A DNA stretch of 64,000 nucleotides from Tubiluchus corallicola (taxonomy: Eukaryota; Animalia; Priapulida): the NCBI GenBank assembly GCA_030141605.1, contig JAQGDQ010000162.1, positions 124,001 through 188,000 of the forward strand, in the 5' to 3' direction. The translations under genes were made by a program, and so were the position numbers. Positions 12,001 through 20,956 of this stretch are shown here, in pieces; position 1 is the first letter of the stretch; each line of letters begins with the position of its first letter. The notes under the pieces were generated by a model. It did not search any database. It had not been told where the DNA came from and worked only from the letters and a program-made list of their open reading frames with translations.

Positions 12001-15000
12001 CTCATTAGTGCCTGAAGTTGAATTCATGATTCTTTGCACTTTTGAAAACAATGTTTTGGTTTAGTTTCTGTAGCCAGTAGCCAACCCGAAAACGCTTCAG
12101 CATAAGAAAGTGGTGCAATTACCACCATCATAGTCCTAACACAACACTGATTCTGATTGATTCAGTAAAAGAACAAGGTAACCATAGTACATGAGAGTAG
12201 TGTGTTTATTACGTGTGTTCTCTAGATGTCAAGCAGCCTGCTGAACTTCCAATGCAACAGAAGTGTAACATGCAAGCGAAAGTAGTACAAATATACAAAC
12301 ACTTCAACAATTAGACACAGGCAGTATGATTTTCACACCTACGTGAACTCGATATGTATCATATCTTTTGTTACCAAAAAATCTTGTATTTCCATAACAG
12401 AAGTTATTACATTTGCATTTATTATATTTATTGATGATCAAAGGACTGGTATACTTCAAAATTATTTGGTAGTTTATGGGCAGTTGCGCCATCCGTGAGC
12501 GTTAAAGGACAAGAAAATGGCCAGCCAAAGTAAGCCTCAGAAAATTCGCAATAAATAATTATATGACCTAAGTATAGTCTTAAGCGAATGAAGTACTGAC
12601 GTTTTTGCATTTACTGCAATTTTTGTAAAATATTTCAACCGCTGCCGTAAACGTTGGCACAGACATGTTTCATTTAGTCCGCCAATTGAAAAGCCAACAG
12701 GTGACTGATCACGTGGCATGACATCACTTGAACACAGTCGCAGTGAGTTCTGAGCACGAGCGCTTAAGATTGCCTCTAACCGTTATAGTTCTTTAGCGAA
12801 AATTTCTGAGACTTGCTTTAACTAGGCCTTTTCTTGTCCTTCAGTGTGCAATTTCGCCGTCAAGCCGTTATTTCTCAGAAACAGCAGTGATACGTAAAAA
12901 ATACCTAAATCTTGAAATGCAGCCCATTTTTACTGATTTGCAACTTTTGAATTTTGGGTAGGCAGCAGGTAGTGCAATGTGCAAAGTCAAGCATGGGCTA
13001 TTGTCGCATGAATGTAGAGTAATCAATGTAAAAGCATTCAGTTGCGTTCCCCACCCAAAGATCAATAATGCTTAGCCTAGCAAGTGGGCTCACTAAGTTG
13101 CCCTGCAGGACAAAAATCAATAACGTCTGGCTGTGTAAAGCTTAAATTTGAAACTTAGAAGTTCTTTCTTGCATAAATGTATCTTTGCTGGTTGAATCCC
13201 TTGTGGAATTTTATTTATTCTCCTTTTTTTCTTTCTTTGCTTGTTTTCTAGATAAAAAAATCAATTGTTTCTTGCATAGACTCTTTCTTCTTTTCTGCTA
13301 AAACCATTAGCAACATCATGTAAACCACTGTAAACCATCAACACTATAAACCATTAGCAACATCATGTCTCACTTCTCAACTTTGACTTTGCTTACCATT
13401 CATTTTATTAATGTTGGTAACACATTGCTCCTGCTGGTTCACAAGATCCATTTCTAGAATGTTGGAAAGTTATGCATTTCCAATAAAAGATGCTGCTCAG
13501 TTACGTGCTATTAACATTATTTACCGATAATTGTTGTGGAAACAAGATTTTCTTGAAAGCCAATTTAAAGTCTGTACTAGAAAATGCATATATGATTGGA
13601 TTAATAGCACTGTTGATTATACCTAGTGCAAACAAAACCTGGGACGTTTCATATTTCTGTTTACAAAACGACAAATAAGTAAGCATGTCATGCATATATG
13701 TTGGACCTAAGCATACTAGAAAAGTAAAGGTAATAATGGCTATAGTTTTTGTTGCTTTCATTTGCATCACATTTGTATGACTTCCTTGGCCTTGATTATG
13801 TATCTGTAACACCTGCCTTCTTGCAGTTCTCCAAATTAGGGCATATAATATAACAATCGTGGAAATTGGTAAATGAAATGCTATAATGCTATCAAGAATC
13901 AATAAACTTTGTGCTTTAAAAAAGTTTCCAGAAATGAAAATAAATGGCTCAATAATTGCGAAAACCCATGTAATACAAAGTGCTGCAAGAATGACTTCTT
14001 TTCTTATGAAGATGTGATACTTCAATGGATAAACAACAGCGATATATCTTTCAGCTGCTATCAGACACAGGTGAAAAGCACTTGCATTTATCATTCCATA
14101 CTGAAATGTGTACTCCATAAGCATAAACACCCAGTTTGATCTCATAGGCAAATACACTAACTGTGTTATTTCTAATGGCGCTGTTAAGCCAACAAGTAAA
14201 TCAGTTACTGCTAGTGATGCTATGAGAACATTTGTTTTAGTTTGTAAACACGGAGTTTTACAAATGGCTGTCAGAACCAACAAGTTTCCTGTAACTATAG
14301 CAGTTCCTGATAACAGAAACAGAATTACTGCTACCACTTTCATAGGCTTACCCGAAAAAGCAGTGTCTGTTTCAGTTATATTCACAGTGCCAAAAGCATC
14401 TGAACTCGAATTCATCATTTGCAGTAATTGCTGCATTGCGTTTTGGAAAGTCAAAACTGTATGCGATTTGCCATGAAGTTCTGTCATTGACTTTAAACCT
14501 TACAATTTCCCAAACAGTCACAGTCGCAAGAGAAGTTTTATTCTTAGGACAAACGTAGTCAGGAAACACTTTGGCATAGTAAAATGCTGTTCGAAGCACA
14601 AGCAGTATACGGAAGTACCACAGTCGCCTACCTCACATAAACTGTTATTCAGATTTAAAAATAGTGTAACTATAATTCATGATAACAGTGTTTCTTCTGC
14701 ATATATTGTGTGCATTTTGTAGATGCGAAGCTGTCTGCTGAACAAACCTAACACAATTTAAGTGCAGCTTGCAAGCTGTGCAAGCTTACTGTGCCAGTAT
14801 GTAAGGCTACGCAAACATTTAAGCGCCCACAGACAATGTGATTGTCACATCTATGTAACCTAAACCGATTATTAAATCATGATTTGATAGCATAGTAATT
14901 ACATTTGTTTACTGATCATTAAGGAACTGGTAGTCTTTCAAATTTAATTACAAACCTTCTGAAGTAAGCTCGCTTCAAAACTGCAGAGAGGGAATTCTAT

Positions 15001-18000
15001 CAGTTCATTTCTTTCAAGTTTTCTGCTGTTGCTCAGCTGTTTGTTTCATTTCAAACTTAATTCTCGCTCGTATGCTCCATTATAAGCTTGTTGCTCAATT
15101 GCGTAGTGTCTTATAAGCTTGCTATGTACACCACAAATAGTAAGACAGTTACCAGTATAGGTTTATGTAAAAAAGCAGCCATCAGATAAAACATTCAAAT
15201 CAATTTGATACGATGTTAAGTCGTTTACTTTTTATCATCTGTTTTGCCACTCTGAAAGTAGTCTCCTTACTTTCTGACATCCACCTAAAACGGAATACCA
15301 CAAATCAAATTCTGGACCAACATTTATTGTGGTGTCTGTGTACTCTGTTTTTTTTTAATTTTCCTTATAGTCAACATTGTGTTCTTGTTCCAGTTGCTTG
15401 CAAATAATTTTTTTTAACGGAAGAATGTTAAGTGTTCGTTGCCAAAGACGCACTTTTCCTTTCGAGCTCACAGTTATATTCACATTAGCAAGCTCATTAG
15501 TGCCTGAAGTTGAATTCATGATTCTTTGCACTTTTGAAAACAATGTTTTGGTTTAGTTTCTGTAGCCAGTAACCAACCCGAAAACGCTTCAGCATAAGAA
15601 AGTGGTGCAATTACCACCATCATAGTCCTAACACAACACTACTTCTGATTGACTCAGTAAAAGAACAAGGTAACCATAGTACATGAGAGTAGTGTGTTTA
15701 TTACGTGTGTTCTCTAGATGTCAAGCAGCCTGCTGAACTTCCAATGCAACAGAAGTGTAACATGCAAGCGAAAGTAGTACAAATATACAAACACTTCAAC
15801 AATTAGACACAGGCAGTATGATTTTCACACCTACGTAAACTCGATATGTATCATATCTTTTGTTACCAAAAAATCTTGTATTTCCATAACAGAAGTTATT
15901 ACATTTGCATTTATTATATTTATTGATGATCAAAGGACTGGTATACTTCAAAATTATTTGGTAGTTTATGGGCAGTTGCACCATCCGTGAGGACAAGAAA
16001 ATGGCCAACCAAAGTAAGCCTCAGAAAATTCGCAATAAATAATTATATCACCTAAGTATAGTCTTAAGCGAATGAAGTACTGACGTTTTCGCATTTACTG
16101 CAATTTTTGTAAAATATTTCAACCGCTGCAGTAAACGTTGGCACAGACATGTTTCATTTAGTCTGCCAATTGAAAAGCCAACAGGTGACTGATCACGTGG
16201 CATGACATCACTTGAACACAGTCGCAGTGAGTTCTGAGCACGTGTACTATAAAGATTTGTGTTGTGGTTCTGTGATGCCATCTAATGTCGCGCCGCCGTG
16301 ACAGTCTCGTGGGAGTATTTAAAATCAAAACAAACAGGAAATTCTTTTAACACGAATATGATAAACGCTTAAGATTGCCACTAACCGTTATAATTCTTTA
16401 GCGAAAATTTTCTCAGACTGCTTTAACTAGGCCTTTTCTTGTCCTTTAATGTGGAATTTGGCCGTCAAGCCGTTATTTCTCAGAAACAGCAATGATACGT
16501 AAAAAATACCTAAATCTTGAAATGCAGCCCATTTTTACTGATTTGTAACTTTTGAATTTTGGGTAGGCAGCAGGTTGCCTTGGTCATAGTATTGTTTCAT
16601 CTCTTTGCTCATCTTGGTTGCCAGGTATAATAATAATACTTGGGTGATACCTGACTTGTTATCTAAACGTCCCTGATTCAAATGCACCTCACTCTCGACT
16701 TTTTCACTTTTCCTTTTGGTCAAATTTGTTCTTAAGCCTGTAAACAGTTCTGTGACCTGGGTCAAGCGGGTTCTTTCCAGGGAATTCAAGCAAAAGTTGT
16801 CTGAGTTTTTAAAGTCAAGCTAAGTCTCTGTCAGTACAATATGCATTGATTTTTTTGGTTCTGTGCACAGAATAACTGATGCTGTTACATGATTATAATA
16901 ACAATATATACTTTAGCTATTCATTGGGGTTTCACTACTATTGGGGAACTTCTTAATGCTTTACGAGTTGTGTACAATCTAGGTTAACCACATAAACTTG
17001 CATATAGAAATACCTGCCACTGTAGCAAGGCATGAATCCTGGAACACACTTGTGGTTAAAAGGTCTAAACCACTGACTCTTGGGACTCCATTTGGGAGTA
17101 CTTGGCTGTTTGGCACATTGCATGCTAGTGAAACTTGGACAAAACGTTCCACCTATGTTCAGAGAGGCTTTTGAAACCAGCTTATGACAGCTTAACCTAC
17201 ACTTGAGCATTGTAGTTCTTGTGCGGATATTAGGAACTAAACATAACTGATTTTGTACAAAGCAAAAATGTAACCAAAAGTGATTGGCAGTCTACTTAAA
17301 CTCAATTCAATGGTGGTTTCACTGATTAATGTGAATTTTTTTCATTTCAGACGCCAGTCAGCACATTTACAAGTCACAGAGAATCAGTGTCCACATTAGT
17401 GTGGCTTGGACAGAGGGACCTATGCACAGCATCCTGGGATCATTCCATGAAAGTGTGGGATGTTGAAACTGGAGCTGAGAAAATTAAACTTGTAAGCTGG
17501 ATACAGTACATCTTATGACATTGTCATTTGCTGCTGTCGTGGAAAAGGATTTCAATTGTTCAGCTGTATAAAAGTTTTAGTCAGAAGCAAGGTGAATAAA
17601 CTGGCCTAATGATCATACCAGTGCCTTGATGTTGACCAACATGATATTAGAATTAAATATACAAGCATCGTACAACAGAACAATTCATTTTGTATTCTAC
17701 AAAAGTTACAACTTATGCAAGTTATCTGAAGTTTTAGTAGGAAAGTTTTAGTAGTAGTTACTCGGTGTGCTAAAATTGCTTTTATTTCTTCTAGTGAGCA
17801 GCTGAAACTGCAAATTATATTGCCACAAAGTAACACTATTTTTCACTCTGTCTTTTGTAATTTTCTTGCATTATTGCAAAAGAATTCAAAACTTGTGTGC
17901 TTTTTGCCTGCAATTGCTTCTTCCGTGTTTGCTTGTGGAGACCATCAATTGAGATAAATGAAATATTTTGGGGGTGTACAATATCATGTGTTTTTCAATG

Positions 18001-19460
18001 TGTTTTTTCGTTGTGTGCATGAAAGGTAAAGGATCAAATGGCAGTGTAATTATGTCAAGGTGCAATTCGTGTGGAGGAAGAGCTGAAATGAAAAAATAAT
18101 AAATGAATTTTCCACTGCTTTTATTGACAATATGATGCTAAGCTTGAGTTGTAAGTGTCTCATTTGTATTTAGTTGGTTAGATAATTTTAACAGTCAAAA
18201 CTTTTTTTGTAATATCTGTAAAGTCCCTGCCAAACTGTTTTAACTTGTTTTAATGTAAAACTTTCATATAATTTAATTGTTGTGCTGCAAAAGATGCTAA
18301 AAAGTATATAACGTGTGTTCATTTACATTTCTGCTCTTTACAGAATGGAGCTAAGGTATTTCTTAATGTGTCCTCATTACCGGAAACTCAGCTTATCTTG
18401 TCCGGATCTGCTGACCGGCATGTACGACTGTGGGACCTTCGTGTTCCTGGTGAGTAGGTCTACTTATTTAAGGAGCTGAGCTCTGTCAATAGCAAGAGTT
18501 GAAGTATTTTCAATCTACATTATTTTTAACGAGTGTTACAGCTGAGTTGTCAGGATGAATTCTTGGCTGGCACAAGTTAAGTAATGTCAAGCTTGGTTGC
18601 ACAATGAATAGGTGAAGTTCTGGAAAACTAATTCCCCACCCTTTCGCAACCATTCAACATTAACAGTAGGCGGCACCACAGATTTAGACGTGCCCCTCCC
18701 CCTAGGCGACATTGGGTGTATCTAAATCTGTACTCTGTTTGGTAATTGTTGCTTTGTGGCTTGCACTGAGTGGCAAACATTGTAAAAAAATCTCAAGGCT
18801 GTAAAACTACAAAACACTATGATCTTGAGCTATTGACTTTCATTCACATTTGTTTACTCACATTCCGATGTTCATGTTGCAATTGCTATAACATCATTTG
18901 TTAAAAATATTTTTAAATGTCAATGTTGATAAATTTGGTCGACAGATGGCAGCAGCGTGAAGAGTATATACACCTCTCATAATGGCTGGGTATCCTGCGT
19001 AGATTGGAGTCCTGATGATGATAATCATTTCATGTCTGGATCCTATGATCAGCTGATAAAGCTTTGGGACTTGAGGAGGTACTTAGCACTGATTTTTGTT
19101 GATTTATGCATCTGCTTGACGTCTTTGCGTATAGGACAGTGACAGCTTTCATGGCAAGTAGTTAAACTGCATGTTTATTAGTCTCAAAACAATATGTACA
19201 AATCAGTGAAACTGAAATATTGAGTAGATCTGTAGACTATTGCTGCAGTGCTAATCAGATTAGCTGACTATGATTAAGCACTTTTTACCTCCAAAATAAG
19301 ACAGTCTTCTTTTTGCAGTCCTAAAGTTCCATTGTACAACATGACGGGTCATGAAGAGAAAATCCTGTGTTGTGATTGGACAGTTCCTGACTGCGTCGTG
19401 AGTGGTGGCGCTGATGCGTCTGTGAAGATATTCCAAGCATCTGCAAAAATCTCGTCATGA
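1..19460 (+). CDS. WDR12: Ribosome biogenesis protein WDR12/Ytm1 (PeBoW complex), 5'-truncated; coding exons <1-15, 877-992, 3344-3544, 5763-5833, 17351-17491, 18344-18449, 18946-19078, 19319-19460
   Basis: GT-AG exons join in consistent phase to give [156 protein letters not shown], collinear with the remembered WDR12 sequence. Confidence 0.95.
165..390 (+). repeat. Dispersed repeat; inverted copy at about 33325-33545
   Basis: Shared blocks tagtaaatcactctatg..aatgcataattaagtaaa..ggctttgctttacc..ttaacctttgacctacagca..aactgtaaaaag. Confidence 0.8.
877..992 (+). CDS. WDR12: WDR12 exon
   Basis: ttttag/..../gtaatt; [38 protein letters not shown]. Confidence 0.92.
1225..3310. repeat. 23-bp minisatellite (GGTTTCTGATGGTTATTAGTAA[T/A])n, about 90 copies, in a WDR12 intron
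   Basis: Period 23 measured (e.g. 2464 to 2487); no unique spacers. Confidence 0.97.
3344..3544 (+). CDS. WDR12: WDR12 exon
   Basis: ttttag/..../gtaggt; [21 protein letters not shown]...[15 protein letters not shown]. Confidence 0.93.
3772..3884 (+). repeat. Degenerate telomere-like (TTAGGG)n tract
   Basis: attagggttagggttaggatttgggttaggattatggttggattagag..; hexamer period with many variants. Confidence 0.8.
4248..5080. mobile_element. Degenerate Tc1/mariner-pogo (Tigger-like) non-autonomous element
   Basis: Starts TA-CAGTCGCACCTCTTTATA; a decayed inverse end ggcgttataacgaag lies near 5055-5080; internal 33-bp tandem duplication at 4613-4679. Confidence 0.45.
5284..5756 (+). mobile_element. 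Dispersed repeat starting TTAA-AGG (Kolobok-like family A); copies at 35308-35770, 42491-42930 and partial 43400-43560
   Basis: Shared blocks ttaaagg..gaaaaag, gcttacctgtttgaa, cctggtaaaa, catc.cggga.tttaaatttacaag, taacacaagctctgtatgcaataagacagcatg, gtttcttgtac. Confidence 0.75.
5763..5833 (+). CDS. WDR12: WDR12 exon (basic, NLS-like linker)
   Basis: tttcag/..../gtttgt; [23 protein letters not shown], equivalent to the RPRKKQK linker. Confidence 0.88.
6509..7002 (+). mobile_element. Kolobok-like MITE family B (copies 44091-44426 and 55772-56381)
   Basis: TTAA-AAGAAGACAGG start, GTTTTGCT end; core gatgacatcacaaac..tgtttgcgaaa..cagtgttactgtaag shared with the other copies. Confidence 0.7.
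7750..8050 (-). repeat. Degenerate ~31-bp tandem repeat 3' of GPCR1
   Basis: Minus-strand units ttgaaatggagcacacaagtgaccaacattg, tttaattggagcacataacttaacaaccctc, gtgagctggaccatgtcacttaccagcattc, atgaaagagagcacacaagtgaacagaattc. Confidence 0.6.
8039..8944 (-). CDS. Intronless orphan class A (rhodopsin-like) GPCR 1, nested in a WDR12 intron; start chosen by alignment with paralogues (upstream in-frame ATG at 9013 possible)
   Basis: 7 hydrophobic segments with GN (TM1), [10 protein letters not shown] (TM2), ERY (TM3), FYLP..Y (TM5), KATKTL (TM6), NSAINPIIY (TM7), helix 8 FKMAFKKIL; N-terminal NVT sequon. Confidence 0.93.
   Translation of the reverse strand: MKMNLNEFATMNVTEIETASSGKLVILIAILLFTLSGVAIVIGNSLVLIAICKTRCLQTKTNVLIASLAVTDLLVGLAAPVEITELVYLPMRSSWVFMLVDHTLQYGMINASAFHLCLIAAERYVAVVHPLRYHTIVSKEAIVAALCITWISGLTEAVIFSILSIIHNTQGLLILVIILVFYLPTAVILVLYTLIWRTARRQVIQIHSQGQGRQANMMQMKATKTLAIVTFTFLACLSPGYLHDTFIYLSLHKRKYETSQVLYALGIINSAINPIIYAFSSTDFKMAFKKILFMRPVLGNA
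10060..10947 (-). CDS. Intronless orphan class A GPCR 2 (tail shortened by a CAA>TAA change relative to GPCR 3)
   Basis: 295-aa ORF with [23 protein letters not shown] and NPIIY motifs. Confidence 0.93.
   Translation of the reverse strand: MMNSSSDAFGTVNITETDTAFSGKPMKVVAVILFLLSGTAIVTGNLLVLTAICKTPCLQTKTNVLIASLAVTDLLVGLTAPLEITRLVYLPMRSNWVFMLMEYTFQYGMINASAFHLCLIAAERYIAVVYPLRYHIFTRKEVILAALCITWVFALIEPFIFVSGNFFKAQRLLILDSIIAFHLPISTIVILYALIWRTARRQVLQIHNQGQGSHTNVMQMKATKTIAIITFTFLVCLGPVYMHDMLTYLSFCKQKYETTQVLFALGIINSAINPIIYAFSSTDFKMAFKKILFPQ
11865..12027 (-). pseudogene. Internally deleted GPCR relic, copy A (TGA at 11965-11967)
   Basis: [20 protein letters not shown] resembles the paralogue N-termini; LKKIICKQL resembles helix 8; shares the upstream motif with the intact genes. 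Confidence 0.55.
12506..12840. mobile_element. Kolobok-like MITE family C, copy A
   Basis: TTAA-AGGACAAGAAAATGGCC...GGCCTTTTCTTGTCCT terminal inverted repeats. Confidence 0.75.
13501..14418 (-). CDS. Intronless orphan class A GPCR 3 (tandem duplicate of GPCR 2; upstream in-frame ATG at 14487 possible)
   Basis: Same motifs as GPCR 2, 9 amino-acid differences, 10-aa longer C-tail. Confidence 0.93.
   Translation of the reverse strand: MMNSSSDAFGTVNITETDTAFSGKPMKVVAVILFLLSGTAIVTGNLLVLTAICKTPCLQTKTNVLIASLAVTDLLVGLTAPLEITQLVYLPMRSNWVFMLMEYTFQYGMINASAFHLCLIAAERYIAVVYPLKYHIFIRKEVILAALCITWVFAIIEPFIFISGNFFKAQSLLILDSIIAFHLPISTIVILYALIWRTARRQVLQIHNQGQGSHTNVMQMKATKTIAIITFTFLVCLGPTYMHDMLTYLSFCKQKYETSQVLFALGIINSAINPIIYAFSSTDFKLAFKKILFPQQLSVNNVNST
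15355..15519 (-). pseudogene. Internally deleted GPCR relic, copy B (open 54-aa ORF)
   Basis: [54 protein letters not shown]; GPCR-like ends with no transmembrane core. Confidence 0.55.
15990..16445. mobile_element. Kolobok-like MITE family C, copy B (about 120 bp longer internally than copy A)
   Basis: AGGACAAGAAAATGGCC...GGCCTTTTCTTGTCCT-TTAA. Confidence 0.75.
17351..17491 (+). CDS. WDR12: WDR12 exon
   Basis: tttcag/..../gtaagc; [47 protein letters not shown]. Confidence 0.93.
18344..18449 (+). CDS. WDR12: WDR12 exon
   Basis: ttacag/..../gtgagt; [35 protein letters not shown]. Confidence 0.93.
18946..19078 (+). CDS. WDR12: WDR12 exon
   Basis: gacag/..../gtactt; [43 protein letters not shown]. 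Confidence 0.93.
19319..19460 (+). CDS. WDR12: WDR12 last coding exon
   Basis: ttgcag/; [49 protein letters not shown]. Confidence 0.93.
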
Positions 19461-19507
19461 CGACAGACGACACAGCATCACGTCATAATTTGAAAAAACA
19501 AACTTGT

Positions 19508-19513
19508 AATAAA
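19508..19513 (+). terminator. Candidate polyadenylation signal of WDR12
   Basis: AATAAA 48 nt after the stop codon. Confidence 0.45.
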
Positions 19514-20179
19514 ATATGCAAGTTTGTGACAGCTTGAGGACATCATTTATTACTGCATCCTTAGATCAATGATGAAGTTGACAGACAAAACATCGGTGTG
19601 AACAGAATGAAAACTACATTTCATGAAAAATTAAAAGAAGCCAAAATGATGCGACTTTTTTGCAAGCAGCTGTGGCAGCATTCATCAGTGCAAAGATGTT
19701 GACTTCAAAATTACAAATTATAAACAGAATGTAATAATTTTTTACATGATTCTAGTAAAATGTTACGGTACACCAGCTTGAATATTAAGCTAACTAACCA
19801 GATTGGAGTGCAACTGTGCAAGCAGTAGCAAATAGACTAACATGTTGTTTAATTTTACAGTTTTACCGCAAAGTGGCTTTTGTGGTTTAAGATACAACTG
19901 TAAATGAAAATCAATATAGACTTTCATGGACTTTAAGTGGCTTGCGAGCGTTGTGTGTTATACTTTCAACATAGTCCATGTTACTGTTATTCAGTTTCTG
20001 TTAACAACTGGAGGTGTTGTGTATGATTGACCTACAAAAAAAGATCCTCCTTTGAACATATTTTGGGCCTGTAACTTTCGGCTTAATAAAATTTTGCTAA
20101 ATATACTCTTATACTGTAGCTATTGCATTTGTAAATCGTATCACAAATCGGGCGCGAAAAACTATTTATGGTGAGCTTA

Positions 20180-20956
20180 GATACCAGCCACATGTAATGA
20201 TATCAAGTTTTCAGGCGATTTCGAAGACCTACCTACTCTGCGTTGTAATGGTAATATCATATGCCCCACCACCTACCTGCCCCCTATGTAGGGAGTAGGG
20301 ATATTTCCTTACTTAACCCTATATTGACATCACACCAATTCTAACTTTTTGTACGTTTTATTCTTCCTCCTCCCAAGGACAGGCGACAACAGCACTTGTG
20401 TTAATTAGTGGGAAACCATCAGTGGATTGTACTGGCATCGGCGGTGGCAGCATCAATTCACTGAACTCATTCTCATCGACCCATTCTGCAGATTCCTCAT
20501 CCTCATGACTGATTATAACCTGCCATATAACTGCACGTGTGGAAAAGCTTGAAGTTGAAAAAAGCTTGCAGTCAAATAACATTATCATAACTACCCCTTA
20601 TATTGATACTGATATCACACCGATGTAGCTTTTTACATGTACATTTTATTCTTCCTCCTCCCCAACAGCATCACTTGTGTTAATTAACAGAAAGTCATCA
20701 GTGGATTCTACTGGCAGCAGTGGTAGAGATGGTGGCAGCCCGAATTCACTGAACTCATTCTTGTCGACCCAGATCCTTCTCCTCACAGCCGATTACTACC
20801 AGCCATTCCTTGCTCAGCTTGAAGTCGAATAAAGTGTGAAGTCAGAATAACGATATCTTGACTAAATCAACTGCCTACCTTGCATTATAAAAGCATTATC
20901 ACGTCTCCTGCTGCCTGCCTACCCAAAACTTGATATTGTTATATGTGGATGGCCCC
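20180..20956. mobile_element. PIF/Harbinger-like non-autonomous element with an internal ~290-bp tandem duplication; related copy at 62690-63130
   Basis: Right end ATGTGGATGGCCCC, decayed left end (ccagccacatgtaatg); interior matches 62750-63120. Confidence 0.7.

Larger units (their letters stand above)
9501..16574. repeat. Tandem segmental duplication, unit about 3.47 kb (copy A 9511-12980, copy B 12981-16574)
   Basis: gcaaagtcaagcatgggctattgtcgcatg at 9511 and 12981; GPCR ATGs are 3471 apart; near-identical sequence with a few indels. Confidence 0.95.

Noticed and set aside
8039-14418. Naming the receptors TAAR, adrenergic, histamine or adenosine receptors
   Set aside because: No D3.32, C3.25 or W6.48; orthology cannot be assigned without a phylogeny
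7788-14476. Plus-strand ORFs 7788-8204, 8751-8969, 10019-10207, 10637-11005, 13490-13678, 13909-14139, 14108-14476
   Set aside because: Antisense shadows of the GPCR genes; their mutual similarity comes from the paralogy
15460-15519. Relic N-terminus splicing in frame (ACT/GTGAGC donor) onto the downstream receptor
   Set aside because: The donor is phase 0; the only obvious acceptor (TTTTTCAG in GPCR2) is phase 1 and is absent in GPCR3
16535-17210. Minus-strand ORFs 16535-16789 and 16953-17210
   Set aside because: No recognisable domain or exon chain; probably decayed repeat
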